The notes: generated from the sequence alone by a model not told the origin. A DNA stretch of 20,000 nt from an uncultured Ignavibacteriales bacterium (GCA_964464605.1 CAYXJN010000001.1:47068-67067); one strand, 5' to 3'; shown: positions 8,581 through 18,782, counted from the stretch's first letter. Made by a program: numbers and translations.

Positions 8581-9037
8581 GCGATATGTAGGCCTGATCA
8601 ACCGGCAGATGAATCAAGCTCGATTTTTCCTTATACCGATCTCCGTACGCCTGCATGAACACCGTCATCGGATATTCACCGATGAACACCAATGACACTG
8701 CGCGATCCAACACCGGACGCGCCAGACGCATATACAACGGAGATTTACAAATGCTAAAAATATCAATACCGACACAGACCAATGAATAGCGGCGGCGGCA
8801 TAACCAGGCCAGCACACCGGCCGGATAAATCCAAAACGCGAGGATCGGTCCACGTGATGCAAGCACAGTACCGAGCGTTTTCAAAAGATACCAGAACAGT
8901 TTGAACGGATTATAACTGAATCCTTCATGGCCGATAATCCTGTGCTCTCCCCCTATGAGATCGAGCATATTTTTGATAAATATCCCGGCAAACGGCTTGG
9001 CGCTGTGGGGATAGTTGTGAGTCAGTATCGTTGCCAT
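8543..9037 (-). CDS. GT4 glycosyltransferase, N-terminal acceptor-binding domain (start corrected to ATG 9037)
   Basis: ILTHNYP...AGIFI, AFWIYPAG, VGIDI (HGxD-like) and IHLPVD (IPNGVD-like) match GT4 N-domains of the TuaC/WlbH-like type; stop at 8543. Confidence 0.7.
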   Translation of the reverse strand: MATILTHNYPHSAKPFAGIFIKNMLDLIGGEHRIIGHEGFSYNPFKLFWYLLKTLGTVLASRGPILAFWIYPAGVLAWLCRRRYSLVCVGIDIFSICKSPLYMRLARPVLDRAVSLVFIGEYPMTVFMQAYGDRYKEKSSLIHLPVDQAYISHAHARLAAVNNR

Positions 9038-9048
9038 GACAATGTTTC

Positions 9049-9237
9049 TTAGTTTCCGATTCCGAAAAATGAAAACACAGTGTGACGAATATCGGTATCC
9101 AACAGTATCAATGCCGCCAAACAAGGGATGAACAAGGCAATATGAACAACTAACCACCAGCGGCTTTCCATAAACTGGCCGGATTTTTCAATCGTACCAG
9201 CGGCGCTTTGTTCTGCTTTTTCCCGAATCCGTTTCAT
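9049..9237 (-). CDS. 62-aa hypothetical single-pass membrane protein
   Basis: ATG overlaps the yceD stop (TAATG at 9235-9239); hydrophobic stretch WWLVVHIALFIPCLAALILL; ends 11 nt before the GT start. Confidence 0.6.
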   Translation of the reverse strand: MKRIREKAEQSAAGTIEKSGQFMESRWWLVVHIALFIPCLAALILLDTDIRHTVFSFFGIGN

Positions 9238-9710
9238 TACTGCTCCACCTGCTGACATTTGCAGGGGCCATCATTCAAGTTCGCTTTACAGTTCACACAA
9301 AGCCCTTTGCAATCTTCTGAGCATAACGGGCTGATATCCATGGCCAGAATAATGCTCTGCCGCGCGATATTGCGCACATCGGCGATATGGCCGCTGTGGT
9401 CGAGATAGACATACTCTTCATCATCAATCGCATCGTCGTCGTCATGCAGTCCTTCCGGGCAGATCGTAAAATCAGCGACGTTTTTCAAACTGGCTCGGAA
9501 CTGCCGCAAACAGCGGGCACACTCCATCATCACATCCGATTCGAACTCCCCTTTGCAGAAGTATTCCTCACCGGATTTGTGCATGAGCAGATTGCAGGTG
9601 ACTTCGTTGATCGAGACAATGAAGTCAAAATCGGCCGCAATTTCCCCGTCCGCCGCTTTGATAACAGCCCGGGCCGGGAACTCCTCATAATGTCTAACGT
9701 CAATAACCAT
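9237..9710 (-). CDS. yceD: DUF177/YceD family protein
   Basis: ECARCL, acidic patch, PLCSEDCKGLCVNCKANLNDGPCKC; upstream of rpmF-plsX. Confidence 0.92.
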   Translation of the reverse strand: MVIDVRHYEEFPARAVIKAADGEIAADFDFIVSINEVTCNLLMHKSGEEYFCKGEFESDVMMECARCLRQFRASLKNVADFTICPEGLHDDDDAIDDEEYVYLDHSGHIADVRNIARQSIILAMDISPLCSEDCKGLCVNCKANLNDGPCKCQQVEQ

Positions 9711-9718
9711 AACTGGTT

Positions 9719-9747
9719 AGGATACGGAGAACCCCCCGGAAAGTCAA
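9719..9747 (-). promoter_or_regulatory. Putative sigma70 promoter for yceD, near-leaderless
   Basis: TTGACT (9742-9747), 17 bp, TATCCT (9719-9724); only 8 nt to the ATG; no SD. Confidence 0.6.
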
Positions 9748-9847
9748 GGCATACTCAAAGCCTATCACCTGAGCCATCCCCTTGAAACATAACGAGATAT
9801 GCTACCTATTGGCTTGGAATAGGAGCTACAAAGGTAAGTTTGAAACG

Positions 9848-10774
9848 CTATTGCTTTTCCAGTTTGAATTGAATCTTATAAGAATAGAAATCAATATTGG
9901 AGGTCACGCTCAGTGCTCGCTTGATTTTGATATCATCCTCAAAGGCAATAATGATTCCCCGAACCGTCTGATTATCTTCTGCCAACTCATCCTTTACATA
10001 TCCCATATAGCGTTGGATTTGCCCAACTACGCGATCACTGGCTCTACCCCGCTTCAACTCGATTACTACAAATTCCTTTTTGTCTTTGCTGCGAGCTAAA
10101 ATATCAATAGGTCCGGTATCACTCTGAAACTGCCGACCAACTTCTTCCCCGTCTACTTCATAGATATCATACAATTTACCAAGTTCCGTGGACTTCCAGT
10201 TTTTTATCAAAAATTCTTCTAAATGTTCTTCCAAAGCAAAGGTAGATGGATCCTCTATACTTGAATCCGTTGCCACGATGGAAGGAAATTGATTGCTGGT
10301 AAGTAACGTTTCAATTTCCACCGTATACTTTGATAAAGATATTAGGGTGCGAGGTACTCCTAACACATTTTTTAATGGCTCACTTAGGCCATCCCGCATG
10401 ATTGTCTTTGGAAACCATCGAACAGGGCGTTGGTGCGGCAATGATGCACCGACGTGAAACTCATAACTGCCTGTAACTTCTCCGACGTAATAGTCACCTT
10501 TACCAGAGGGGCAAAGGACTACATCCCCAATTTGCATGCCTTTAAAAATAGCCCACATCATGCCACCGGCTATTACGGCAACAGCTTTTTCTTTATCGGG
10601 GTGTTTCTTAAAATAAAGCGGAACAAACTTTTCATTAAAGTCGCGCTGAGTACCTACCTGCAAATTTGTTAAATCTTCCTTGGCAATAAAGTCTGCACCG
10701 ATAAAATTACCTTTGTAGGCTTCGTCAGCAAATACATGTTTGCGCCCGAGTATAACGCGGTAATAATTCTTCAT
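9848..10774 (-). CDS. NucS-like (DUF91/DUF1016-type) PD-(D/E)XK endonuclease with N-terminal PUA/EVE-like domain
   Basis: C-terminal LEEHLEEFL, GPIDILA, VVIELK, GQIQRYMGYV, VRGIIIA; N-terminal MQIGDVVLCP...YYVGEVTGSY...RPVRW pattern as in Mrr/McrB-associated N-domains. Confidence 0.8.
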   Translation of the reverse strand: MKNYYRVILGRKHVFADEAYKGNFIGADFIAKEDLTNLQVGTQRDFNEKFVPLYFKKHPDKEKAVAVIAGGMMWAIFKGMQIGDVVLCPSGKGDYYVGEVTGSYEFHVGASLPHQRPVRWFPKTIMRDGLSEPLKNVLGVPRTLISLSKYTVEIETLLTSNQFPSIVATDSSIEDPSTFALEEHLEEFLIKNWKSTELGKLYDIYEVDGEEVGRQFQSDTGPIDILARSKDKKEFVVIELKRGRASDRVVGQIQRYMGYVKDELAEDNQTVRGIIIAFEDDIKIKRALSVTSNIDFYSYKIQFKLEKQ

Positions 10775-10796
10775 AGTTCTGATTGCTGAAAGAATC

Positions 10797-11453
10797 CTAC
10801 TTATCAGCTTGAACGTGCGACATCTGCATCGCGTAGATTTTTTTGATTACGGAAATCAGAGCAACAACAGAAACAAGGGAGCACAATCCGGTTAATAACT
10901 CCAAAGCAGTCGGCAAGACCAACTGTTCGGCGGGGAGGTTTTCATTATACAATCTATCCGCCATCGCGCTAAACGCCGAGGCAATAACCCAAAACCAGAA
11001 CCAGCGTAAAATAAGTGGTTCATCCGGTTCGTTTTGCCATGCGGATGGGTTCTTGCTGGTTTTCCAAATCTCATTCATAATTTTCGGAATGAAAAACAGA
11101 TTGGCGAGCGGCACAAAAAACCAACCGATTGCCGCTCCCGGTGAAAATTTCATTCCCTGCGCACCCAACTGTCGAACGTTCAGATTCGCCTGATGCACCC
11201 AATAGAGAAGCAGAAAAAAGTTTACTACATAGATAACAAACAGACCGATGAAAAAGGTGAGCATGCTGATACGAATCGACACCAGAACCAGATGCCGGTT
11301 ATCCTCCAACGCCGTTGGATTGGACTGCATGAAAAATGCGAAGATGAGGAGCAAAAGCCAGATGATCGATCCTGCGACCGAAAACAGCAGGTTGAACCTA
11401 AGCCAAAGAATTAGCTGATTGGTTAATTTCGTCGGATCGACAAAATGTTTCAC
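10797..11453 (-). CDS. DUF4328-like integral membrane protein
   Basis: About 4 hydrophobic segments; WVHQANLN...FSPGAAIGWFFVPLANLF..P..MNEIWKTS motif; GGAGG SD before GTG. Confidence 0.8.
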   Translation of the reverse strand: MKHFVDPTKLTNQLILWLRFNLLFSVAGSIIWLLLLIFAFFMQSNPTALEDNRHLVLVSIRISMLTFFIGLFVIYVVNFFLLLYWVHQANLNVRQLGAQGMKFSPGAAIGWFFVPLANLFFIPKIMNEIWKTSKNPSAWQNEPDEPLILRWFWFWVIASAFSAMADRLYNENLPAEQLVLPTALELLTGLCSLVSVVALISVIKKIYAMQMSHVQADK

Positions 11454-11486
11454 TCCCGCCTCCCGCCGTTAAAGTTAATTAGCTAA

Positions 11487-11909
11487 CTATAACTGTCGAT
11501 TGCCGTTTTCTTTGGCAATTTTAATTCGATTGGCTTGCTTTTCCATATTCGCACGGATGGATGGAAGATCGATTTCTGTTTCACCCTTCCCGGCAGAAAC
11601 TAACCGATGTTTGTCCCGGTCATATTCTTCCTGCGCTTTTTGGACATCGATGTCGGATGCGTATTCGACTTCTTCAGCTAACAATGTTGCGACATTGTTG
11701 GAGACTTCCAAAAACCCACCCGCGACCGCCAGAATATGGACTTTGTCGTTCGCATCACGATACTCGATCTTCCCCGGCTTCAGCGCGGTGATAAGCGGTG
11801 CGTGATGCGATAAAATTCCGACATAGCCGTCGATACCGGGAGCAACGAGGGATTTAACATCCGCCTCGCAGAACACTTTTTCCGGCGTGACAATGGTGAG
11901 TTTAAACAT
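11487..11909 (-). CDS. atpC: ATP synthase F1 epsilon subunit
   Basis: LTIVTPEK, GYVGILSHHAPLIT, GGFLEV; follows atpD. Confidence 0.96.
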   Translation of the reverse strand: MFKLTIVTPEKVFCEADVKSLVAPGIDGYVGILSHHAPLITALKPGKIEYRDANDKVHILAVAGGFLEVSNNVATLLAEEVEYASDIDVQKAQEEYDRDKHRLVSAGKGETEIDLPSIRANMEKQANRIKIAKENGNRQL

Positions 11910-11918
11910 GCCTAACTA

Positions 11919-13346
<1,428 letters not shown>

Positions 13347-13370
13347 TTATCTTCAATATAGATTAACGTG

Positions 13371-14237
13371 CTACCCTTGCAGTGCATCTGCACCGGATAC
13401 CACTTCCAAAATCTCTTTCGTAATCTGCGCCTGACGAGCCTTGTTATAATCAAGCGTCAGCGTCTGAATCATTTCACCCGCATTCTTGGTCGCGCCGCCC
13501 ATAGCAACCATTCGGCTGCCATGCTCACTGGCGAACGATTCCACCAACGCCGTCACCATTTTGGTTAAGGCGTAACCGGGCATAAGCGCGGCGTAAATCT
13601 CTTCGGCGTTCGGTTCGAAGATATATTCATTCTTCGTTCCGCTTTCCGTTTTGATTTCCGGTTTCGGAATCGGCAAATATTGCTCGAGTGAAATCTTATA
13701 TCGCACGAGCGAAATAAAACGGGTGAACAAGAGACTAATATCATCCGTTTCACCGGACACAAATCGATTGCTCAAAAACGTTACGATCGAACGGGCTTTC
13801 TGATAATTAAGCGTTCCGCCCCAGTCGCTGAAATTAGCGACGATAGGATACGGACGGCGTTTGAAGAAATCGTTGGCGCGTTTACCGATGGTTACGATTT
13901 CGACTTCCACACCTTTATTGTCGTTCAACCAATTCATCGCGCGGCGCAGAATGTTCGAGTTGAACGATCCGCACAATCCGCGATCAGAGGTGATAACGAC
14001 TAAGGTGCGGCGTTTGATCGGGCGAGTTTCAAAAAACGGATGTACGATTTCGCTGGATGAACCGGCCGCAAGATTGCTGAGCATTTCATCCATCTTTTTG
14101 CTATACGGACGCGCCTGTTCAACACGCTGCTGTGCGCGACGCAGTTTCGCTGCCGCCACCATTTCCATCGCTTTCGTGATGCGTTTGGTGGAGGTTACCG
14201 CGCGAATTCGCTTTTTTACTTCCCGTAATGTTGCCAC
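13371..14237 (-). CDS. atpG: ATP synthase F1 gamma subunit
   Basis: KRITKAMEMVAAAKL, SDRGLCGSFN, ASEHGSRMVAM, NKARQAQITKEILEVVSGA. Confidence 0.98.
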   Translation of the reverse strand: MATLREVKKRIRAVTSTKRITKAMEMVAAAKLRRAQQRVEQARPYSKKMDEMLSNLAAGSSSEIVHPFFETRPIKRRTLVVITSDRGLCGSFNSNILRRAMNWLNDNKGVEVEIVTIGKRANDFFKRRPYPIVANFSDWGGTLNYQKARSIVTFLSNRFVSGETDDISLLFTRFISLVRYKISLEQYLPIPKPEIKTESGTKNEYIFEPNAEEIYAALMPGYALTKMVTALVESFASEHGSRMVAMGGATKNAGEMIQTLTLDYNKARQAQITKEILEVVSGADALQG

Positions 14238-14248
14238 AATCTACTCGC

Positions 14249-15766
14249 TTACGCCTTGCTCGCTTTGAACTGCGCATTGAAGGCTTCAACGGCATGTTTC
14301 AATTTACCGGCGGTGTCATCGGAAATCGTTTTGTCTTTGGTGAGCACGATTTCGATATCCGGATGGCTCTTTTCGCAGAATGAAAGGAACTCACTCTGCC
14401 AGCGACCGATGTCGCCGGTCGGAATTTTATCGAGATACCCTTTTACACCAGCCCAGATAACCATAACCTGACGAGCCACCGGAAGCGGTACATACTGACC
14501 CTGTTTGAGCAGTTCTACCATCGCGGCGCCGCGGGTCAACTGACGAAGGGTGCCTTCATCAAGATCTGAACCGAACTGCGCGAAAGCAGCGAGGGAGCGA
14601 TACTGCGCCAAATCGAGTTTGAGCGATCCTGCTACCTGACGCATCATTTTCGTCTGCGCGTTACCACCTACACGGGATACTGAGATACCGACGTTAATGG
14701 CGGGGCGGACACCGGAGAAAAATAATTCTGATTCCAAAAATATCTGACCATCGGTAATCGAAATTACGTTGGTCGGAATGTATGCCGACACGTCACCGGC
14801 CTGCGTTTCAATAATCGGAAGCGCGGTCAATGAACCGCCACCGAGGGCATCTGACAATTTCGCGGCGCGTTCAAGCAAACGTGAGTGGCAATAGAAAATG
14901 TCACCGGGGTATGCTTCACGTCCCGGCGGGCGGCGAAGCAAGAGTGACAACTGACGATAGGCAGTAGCCTGTTTGGACAAGTCATCATATACGCAAAGTG
15001 CATGTTGACCATTGTACATAAATTCTTCACCGATTGCGGCGCCTGAGTACGGAGCAATGTACTGCAGCGGAGCCGGGTCGGTTGCGGTTGCAGAAACGAC
15101 AACGGTGTAATCCATCGCGCCATTCTTACGCAGAATTTCCACAACCTGTGCGACGGTAGAAGCTTTCTGACCGACGGCGACATAGACGCAGAATACGTTT
15201 TGACCTTTTTGGTTGATGATCGCATCAATCGCGACAGCCGTTTTACCGGTCTGACGGTCACCGATGATCAACTCACGCTGACCACGGCCGATCGGAATCA
15301 TCGAGTCAATCGCTTTCAAACCGGTTTGAATCGGTTCTTTTACCGACTGACGCTCAATAACTGATGGCGCGCGACCTTCGATGACACGGAACTTATCCGT
15401 GACAATCGGACCTTTGCCATCAAGCGGCTGACCAAGCGGATTTACCACGCGGCCAAGCATGGCAGGACCAACAGGGACCTGGGCCACTTTACCGGTGCGG
15501 CGAACAGTGTCACCTTCTTTAATATTCGTATCGGGACCGAAGAGAACGGCGCCGACATTATCGGCTTCGAGGTTCAGCACCATACCGAAAATGTCACCCG
15601 GAAACTGAATCAACTCCGACATCTGCACGTCGTTGAGACCCCAAATACGGGCGATCCCATCACCAACCTGCAGAATCGTTCCGACCGATTCCGTTTCAAG
15701 ACGGGTTTCAAACTTCTCTATTTCCCGTTTCAGTACCGATGATACTTCTTCCGGATTAAGACCCAT
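14249..15766 (-). CDS. atpA: ATP synthase F1 alpha subunit (ATG 15766 preferred over GTG 15769 by SD spacing)
   Basis: [41 protein letters not shown]. Confidence 0.99.
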   Translation of the reverse strand: MGLNPEEVSSVLKREIEKFETRLETESVGTILQVGDGIARIWGLNDVQMSELIQFPGDIFGMVLNLEADNVGAVLFGPDTNIKEGDTVRRTGKVAQVPVGPAMLGRVVNPLGQPLDGKGPIVTDKFRVIEGRAPSVIERQSVKEPIQTGLKAIDSMIPIGRGQRELIIGDRQTGKTAVAIDAIINQKGQNVFCVYVAVGQKASTVAQVVEILRKNGAMDYTVVVSATATDPAPLQYIAPYSGAAIGEEFMYNGQHALCVYDDLSKQATAYRQLSLLLRRPPGREAYPGDIFYCHSRLLERAAKLSDALGGGSLTALPIIETQAGDVSAYIPTNVISITDGQIFLESELFFSGVRPAINVGISVSRVGGNAQTKMMRQVAGSLKLDLAQYRSLAAFAQFGSDLDEGTLRQLTRGAAMVELLKQGQYVPLPVARQVMVIWAGVKGYLDKIPTGDIGRWQSEFLSFCEKSHPDIEIVLTKDKTISDDTAGKLKHAVEAFNAQFKASKA

Positions 15767-15819
15767 CACATGCTCCTGTTATCTAAAAACTCACACATTT
15801 CAAAGTATATAGCGATTAA

Positions 15820-16374
15820 TCAGGCGACTTTTACTTTGCCCAACTGATCGCGTAAAACGCTCAGTTCATACCGAACCGAGCCGTCAATAATCTTGTCTTT
15901 CAGCATCAAAATCATTCCGCCGAGAATCGCCGGATCAACTTTTTCTTCAAGCTGAATTTTCAAACCGGTTTTCTTTTCCAGCTGCTGAATCAAATTGGTA
16001 CGTTCGCTGTCGTTCAGTTTTACCGCGGTGGTAACGAGGACTCGTCCCATTTTGCGGTGTTCTTCCACCAACATCAGAAATTCCTGAATGATGTCGCCCA
16101 AAAAGGCGATGCGGTGCTTGTTCAATAAAACGATCAGAAACTCAGTCAGCAGTTTTTCGGTTCGTTCACCTATCACCGAACGAACGAGAGATTCTTTTTT
16201 GTCATCCATCACGTTGGGCGCGAGCAAGAAGTTCAGCAGCTGCTTCCCTTCCGGACGCTTCAAAATGACGTTCAACGAATTCATTTGTTCGTAGACGGTA
16301 TCCAGCACGTTCCTTCCTTTTGCGGACAAGAACAATGCCTGTGAATAGGTGCGGGCGACTTCCTGGGCTATCAT
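15820..16374 (-). CDS. atpH: ATP synthase F1 delta subunit
   Basis: VARTYSQALF, VDPAILGGMIL...IIDGSV; between atpF and atpA. Confidence 0.95.
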   Translation of the reverse strand: MIAQEVARTYSQALFLSAKGRNVLDTVYEQMNSLNVILKRPEGKQLLNFLLAPNVMDDKKESLVRSVIGERTEKLLTEFLIVLLNKHRIAFLGDIIQEFLMLVEEHRKMGRVLVTTAVKLNDSERTNLIQQLEKKTGLKIQLEEKVDPAILGGMILMLKDKIIDGSVRYELSVLRDQLGKVKVA

Positions 16375-16377
16375 AAA

Positions 16378-16860
16378 TTAGGCTTTCTGCACTCCGTCGA
16401 TAACCTGGGAAATCAACTCACGATGTTTTGGATCATCGAGCCGTTCACGAATGATTTTCTGCGTCGCATTCATCGTGATCGCAACCATCTCGTTCTTCAA
16501 CTCGACTTTCGCCTTGGCAACTTCCCGCTCCAGCTCAACTTTAGCTTTGGCGGTGATATCGTTGGCCTCGTGGCGCGCGGTGGTTTTGATTTCTTCCGCG
16601 ATCCGCTTGCCTTCGTTTACCGCTTCCGCAACTTTAGCGCGACGTTCTGATTCGATTTCGCGCAGCTTGCTGTCGTAGGTGGAAGCCATCTTGGCTACTT
16701 CCTGCTTTTGGTCTTCGATCTTTTTGAACTCACCGGCAATGGTAGAACGACGCTCTTCCATAATTGAAAGCAGCGGTCCCCAGGCAAATTTCGCGAGGAT
16801 CCAAAGCACAATCCCAAAACCCAGCATGTGGGTAAGAATTAATTGCCAATCAAAACTCAT
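16378..16860 (-). CDS. atpF: ATP synthase F0 b subunit
   Basis: N-terminal TM, KFAWGPLLSIMEERR, long charged coiled coil. Confidence 0.95.
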   Translation of the reverse strand: MSFDWQLILTHMLGFGIVLWILAKFAWGPLLSIMEERRSTIAGEFKKIEDQKQEVAKMASTYDSKLREIESERRAKVAEAVNEGKRIAEEIKTTARHEANDITAKAKVELEREVAKAKVELKNEMVAITMNATQKIIRERLDDPKHRELISQVIDGVQKA

Positions 16861-16921
16861 TGTTTCTCCATTTTCTCATCTACAAAATACGCTCACACGC
16901 ATCCTGAGCCTCGTTGGTGAA

Positions 16922-17158
16922 TTAGCCAGCGATTTTTCCCGAGAGAATGAAGAACACAACCAGCGCGTAAATGGTCAACGCTTCGATAAGCGCGGCGCCG
17001 ATGATCATGGCTGTCTGAATCTTTCCGGTTGCTTCCGGCTGACGACCGATAGCTTCCATCGCGGAACCAACGGCGCGGCCGAGACCAATACCGGAACCGA
17101 TGGCGGCAAGGCCAACGCTGACCGGCAAGCTCAATGACAACATGGTTGAAACATCCAT
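16922..17158 (-). CDS. atpE: ATP synthase F0 c subunit
   Basis: [11 protein letters not shown] loop, [17 protein letters not shown]. Confidence 0.98.
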   Translation of the reverse strand: MDVSTMLSLSLPVSVGLAAIGSGIGLGRAVGSAMEAIGRQPEATGKIQTAMIIGAALIEALTIYALVVFFILSGKIAG

Positions 17159-17207
17159 AACACTACTCCTTTATAATGTCTTATAGGTACATATTTGAAA
17201 GTTCATC

Positions 17208-18044
17208 TTAGTGATGCTCCTCGCCGTGCGGCAGCATCATGAGAATATAAATAGTCGAAAGCAGCGTAAACACCAGCGCCTGAATGCTGGACATCAGTAT
17301 CCCCAATAGAATAAACGGCACGTTCAAGGGCAACCCAATCGGGGAATGCATGAAAGATAATGTTGTGAGGCCAAGCCCGACGAATGCAGCTACCAAAATA
17401 TCTTCACCGGTAATGTTACCGAATAGACGTAAGGCAAGCGAAGCCGGTTTGACAAACTCACCGAATAAGTGCAGCGGAAACAAAAGCGGCACCAAAACCC
17501 AGCCTGTAATATCATGCGGCGATCCGGCCATATGATGGATATATCCCTTAATCCCTAAGCGCGTGATACCGGTGTATTGCACATAACAGAACACCATAAT
17601 CGCCAGAGATGCGGTTACGTTTACGTTAACGGATGGAGAATGGAAAAAGGGAATGATTCCGAAAAAGTTCATGGTGAGAATGTAGAAGAACAAGGTGCCC
17701 AAAAACGGCGTGTAGCGTTTGGCTTCACTGCCTAATATCGAATGAAGGAAGTTGTACATCCCTTCTACTAGCATCTCAATTGCGTTTTGGAACGGACCGG
17801 GAATCAGTTTACGATTCGCATACACTTTGCTTGCAATTATTGTGAAAAAAATCGCAATCATTGCCGCAAAAATAATTTCGACCCAATGATTGACTACTTC
17901 ATTGTCTCCCCAAATCATCTGCACGAAGTTCGGCAGATGCGGGGGGCCATCATGATGCTCTCCGTGTGCAGCTTCTTCGGCAAACACCGGCGCCGCAATT
18001 AACAGCGGAAGCACGAACAAAATGATGCGCAAAAGCTTCATCAT
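17208..18044 (-). CDS. atpB: ATP synthase F0 a subunit
   Basis: PGPFQNAIE, KPASLALRLFGNI (essential Arg), IQALVFTLLSTIYI. Confidence 0.97.
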   Translation of the reverse strand: MMKLLRIILFVLPLLIAAPVFAEEAAHGEHHDGPPHLPNFVQMIWGDNEVVNHWVEIIFAAMIAIFFTIIASKVYANRKLIPGPFQNAIEMLVEGMYNFLHSILGSEAKRYTPFLGTLFFYILTMNFFGIIPFFHSPSVNVNVTASLAIMVFCYVQYTGITRLGIKGYIHHMAGSPHDITGWVLVPLLFPLHLFGEFVKPASLALRLFGNITGEDILVAAFVGLGLTTLSFMHSPIGLPLNVPFILLGILMSSIQALVFTLLSTIYILMMLPHGEEHH

Positions 18045-18460
18045 AATGCGGCACCCACTGCGGGTGTTTGTTTCTCTTTTTCGTCGAGCTTGAGCATCGA
18101 ACGACCGATCACCTTTAGAATAATGACGGCGAGTAAGAAACTAAATCCGACTACCAGATAAATCGGCTGAAGTTGGTTAACCGTCAGCAGGAAATATCCG
18201 GCCACATATAATAGTGGGAATTTGACGAAGAGTAATAAAGCGGTCTTCATTTTGTCCGGTCCTTCCGGACGAATCGCCGCACGAACTAAGTGCGAAATGA
18301 AAAGCAGATTGATAATTCCCCAGACACCGCCGAACAACAGGCCAAGTCCTTCCCACACACCGAGATAAAACATGGTAAAGGGAAGCTGAACCAACAAAAC
18401 AATGCCCGTGGTTCTCAGTGAACGCTCTACAAAATCAGTTTGGGGGTTCGTTAGTATCAT
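18041..18460 (-). CDS. atpI: ATP synthase protein I (4-TM)
   Basis: Four hydrophobic segments, GGVWGIIN, VKFPLL; ATGA overlap with atpB. Confidence 0.8.
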   Translation of the reverse strand: MILTNPQTDFVERSLRTTGIVLLVQLPFTMFYLGVWEGLGLLFGGVWGIINLLFISHLVRAAIRPEGPDKMKTALLLFVKFPLLYVAGYFLLTVNQLQPIYLVVGFSFLLAVIILKVIGRSMLKLDEKEKQTPAVGAAL

Positions 18461-18707
18461 CTTTCTTATCTAATCGCTCAGACTTTTTAACGAGTTGGTA
18501 AATCTCAATTCCTGCAGAGCCAAAGCCCAGACAGACACCTATTATCATTATATACGGCTCTGTCTTGAAAATCCGATCAAGCCATTTACCGCCAAAAAAC
18601 CCTAAAAGCGGGGCCGCCACAAGAATTGCCGGGACCGCTGCCAGAAGGCTAATCTGCGCGAATTGACGTGTCTTTTTTTCAGGGTCACGCTGCTCATGCA
18701 ATGCCAT
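18435..18707 (-). CDS. AtpZ/AtpI-family (ATPase gene 1) protein
   Basis: Two TMs with GFFGGKWLDRIFKTEPYIMIIGVCLG motif; first gene of the atp operon. Confidence 0.85.
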   Translation of the reverse strand: MALHEQRDPEKKTRQFAQISLLAAVPAILVAAPLLGFFGGKWLDRIFKTEPYIMIIGVCLGFGSAGIEIYQLVKKSERLDKKDDTNEPPN

Positions 18708-18736
18708 CTAGATGCCTCAGATTTTTTGAGGCCGCT

Positions 18737-18764
18737 AATATAGATTCCCCCCCTTGAATGTCAA
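18737..18764 (-). promoter_or_regulatory. Putative sigma70 promoter of the atp operon
   Basis: TTGACA (18759-18764), 16 bp, TATATT (18737-18742). Confidence 0.65.
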
Positions 18765-18782
18765 CCGATTTTTTCCTATACT
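18754..18782 (+). promoter_or_regulatory. Putative sigma70 promoter of the divergent secreted-protein gene
   Basis: TTGAAT (18754-18759), 17 bp, TATACT (18777-18782). Confidence 0.55.

Noticed and set aside
9038..9157. Longer N-terminus of ORF 8543..9157
   Set aside because: Overlaps the 62-aa ORF; GT-like sequence begins at ATG 9037.
9780..9847. Integron attC site after the nuclease (minus-strand GTTATGT plus central hairpin)
   Set aside because: No matching RYYYAAC inverse core, no second similar site between the two genes, and no integrase in the window.
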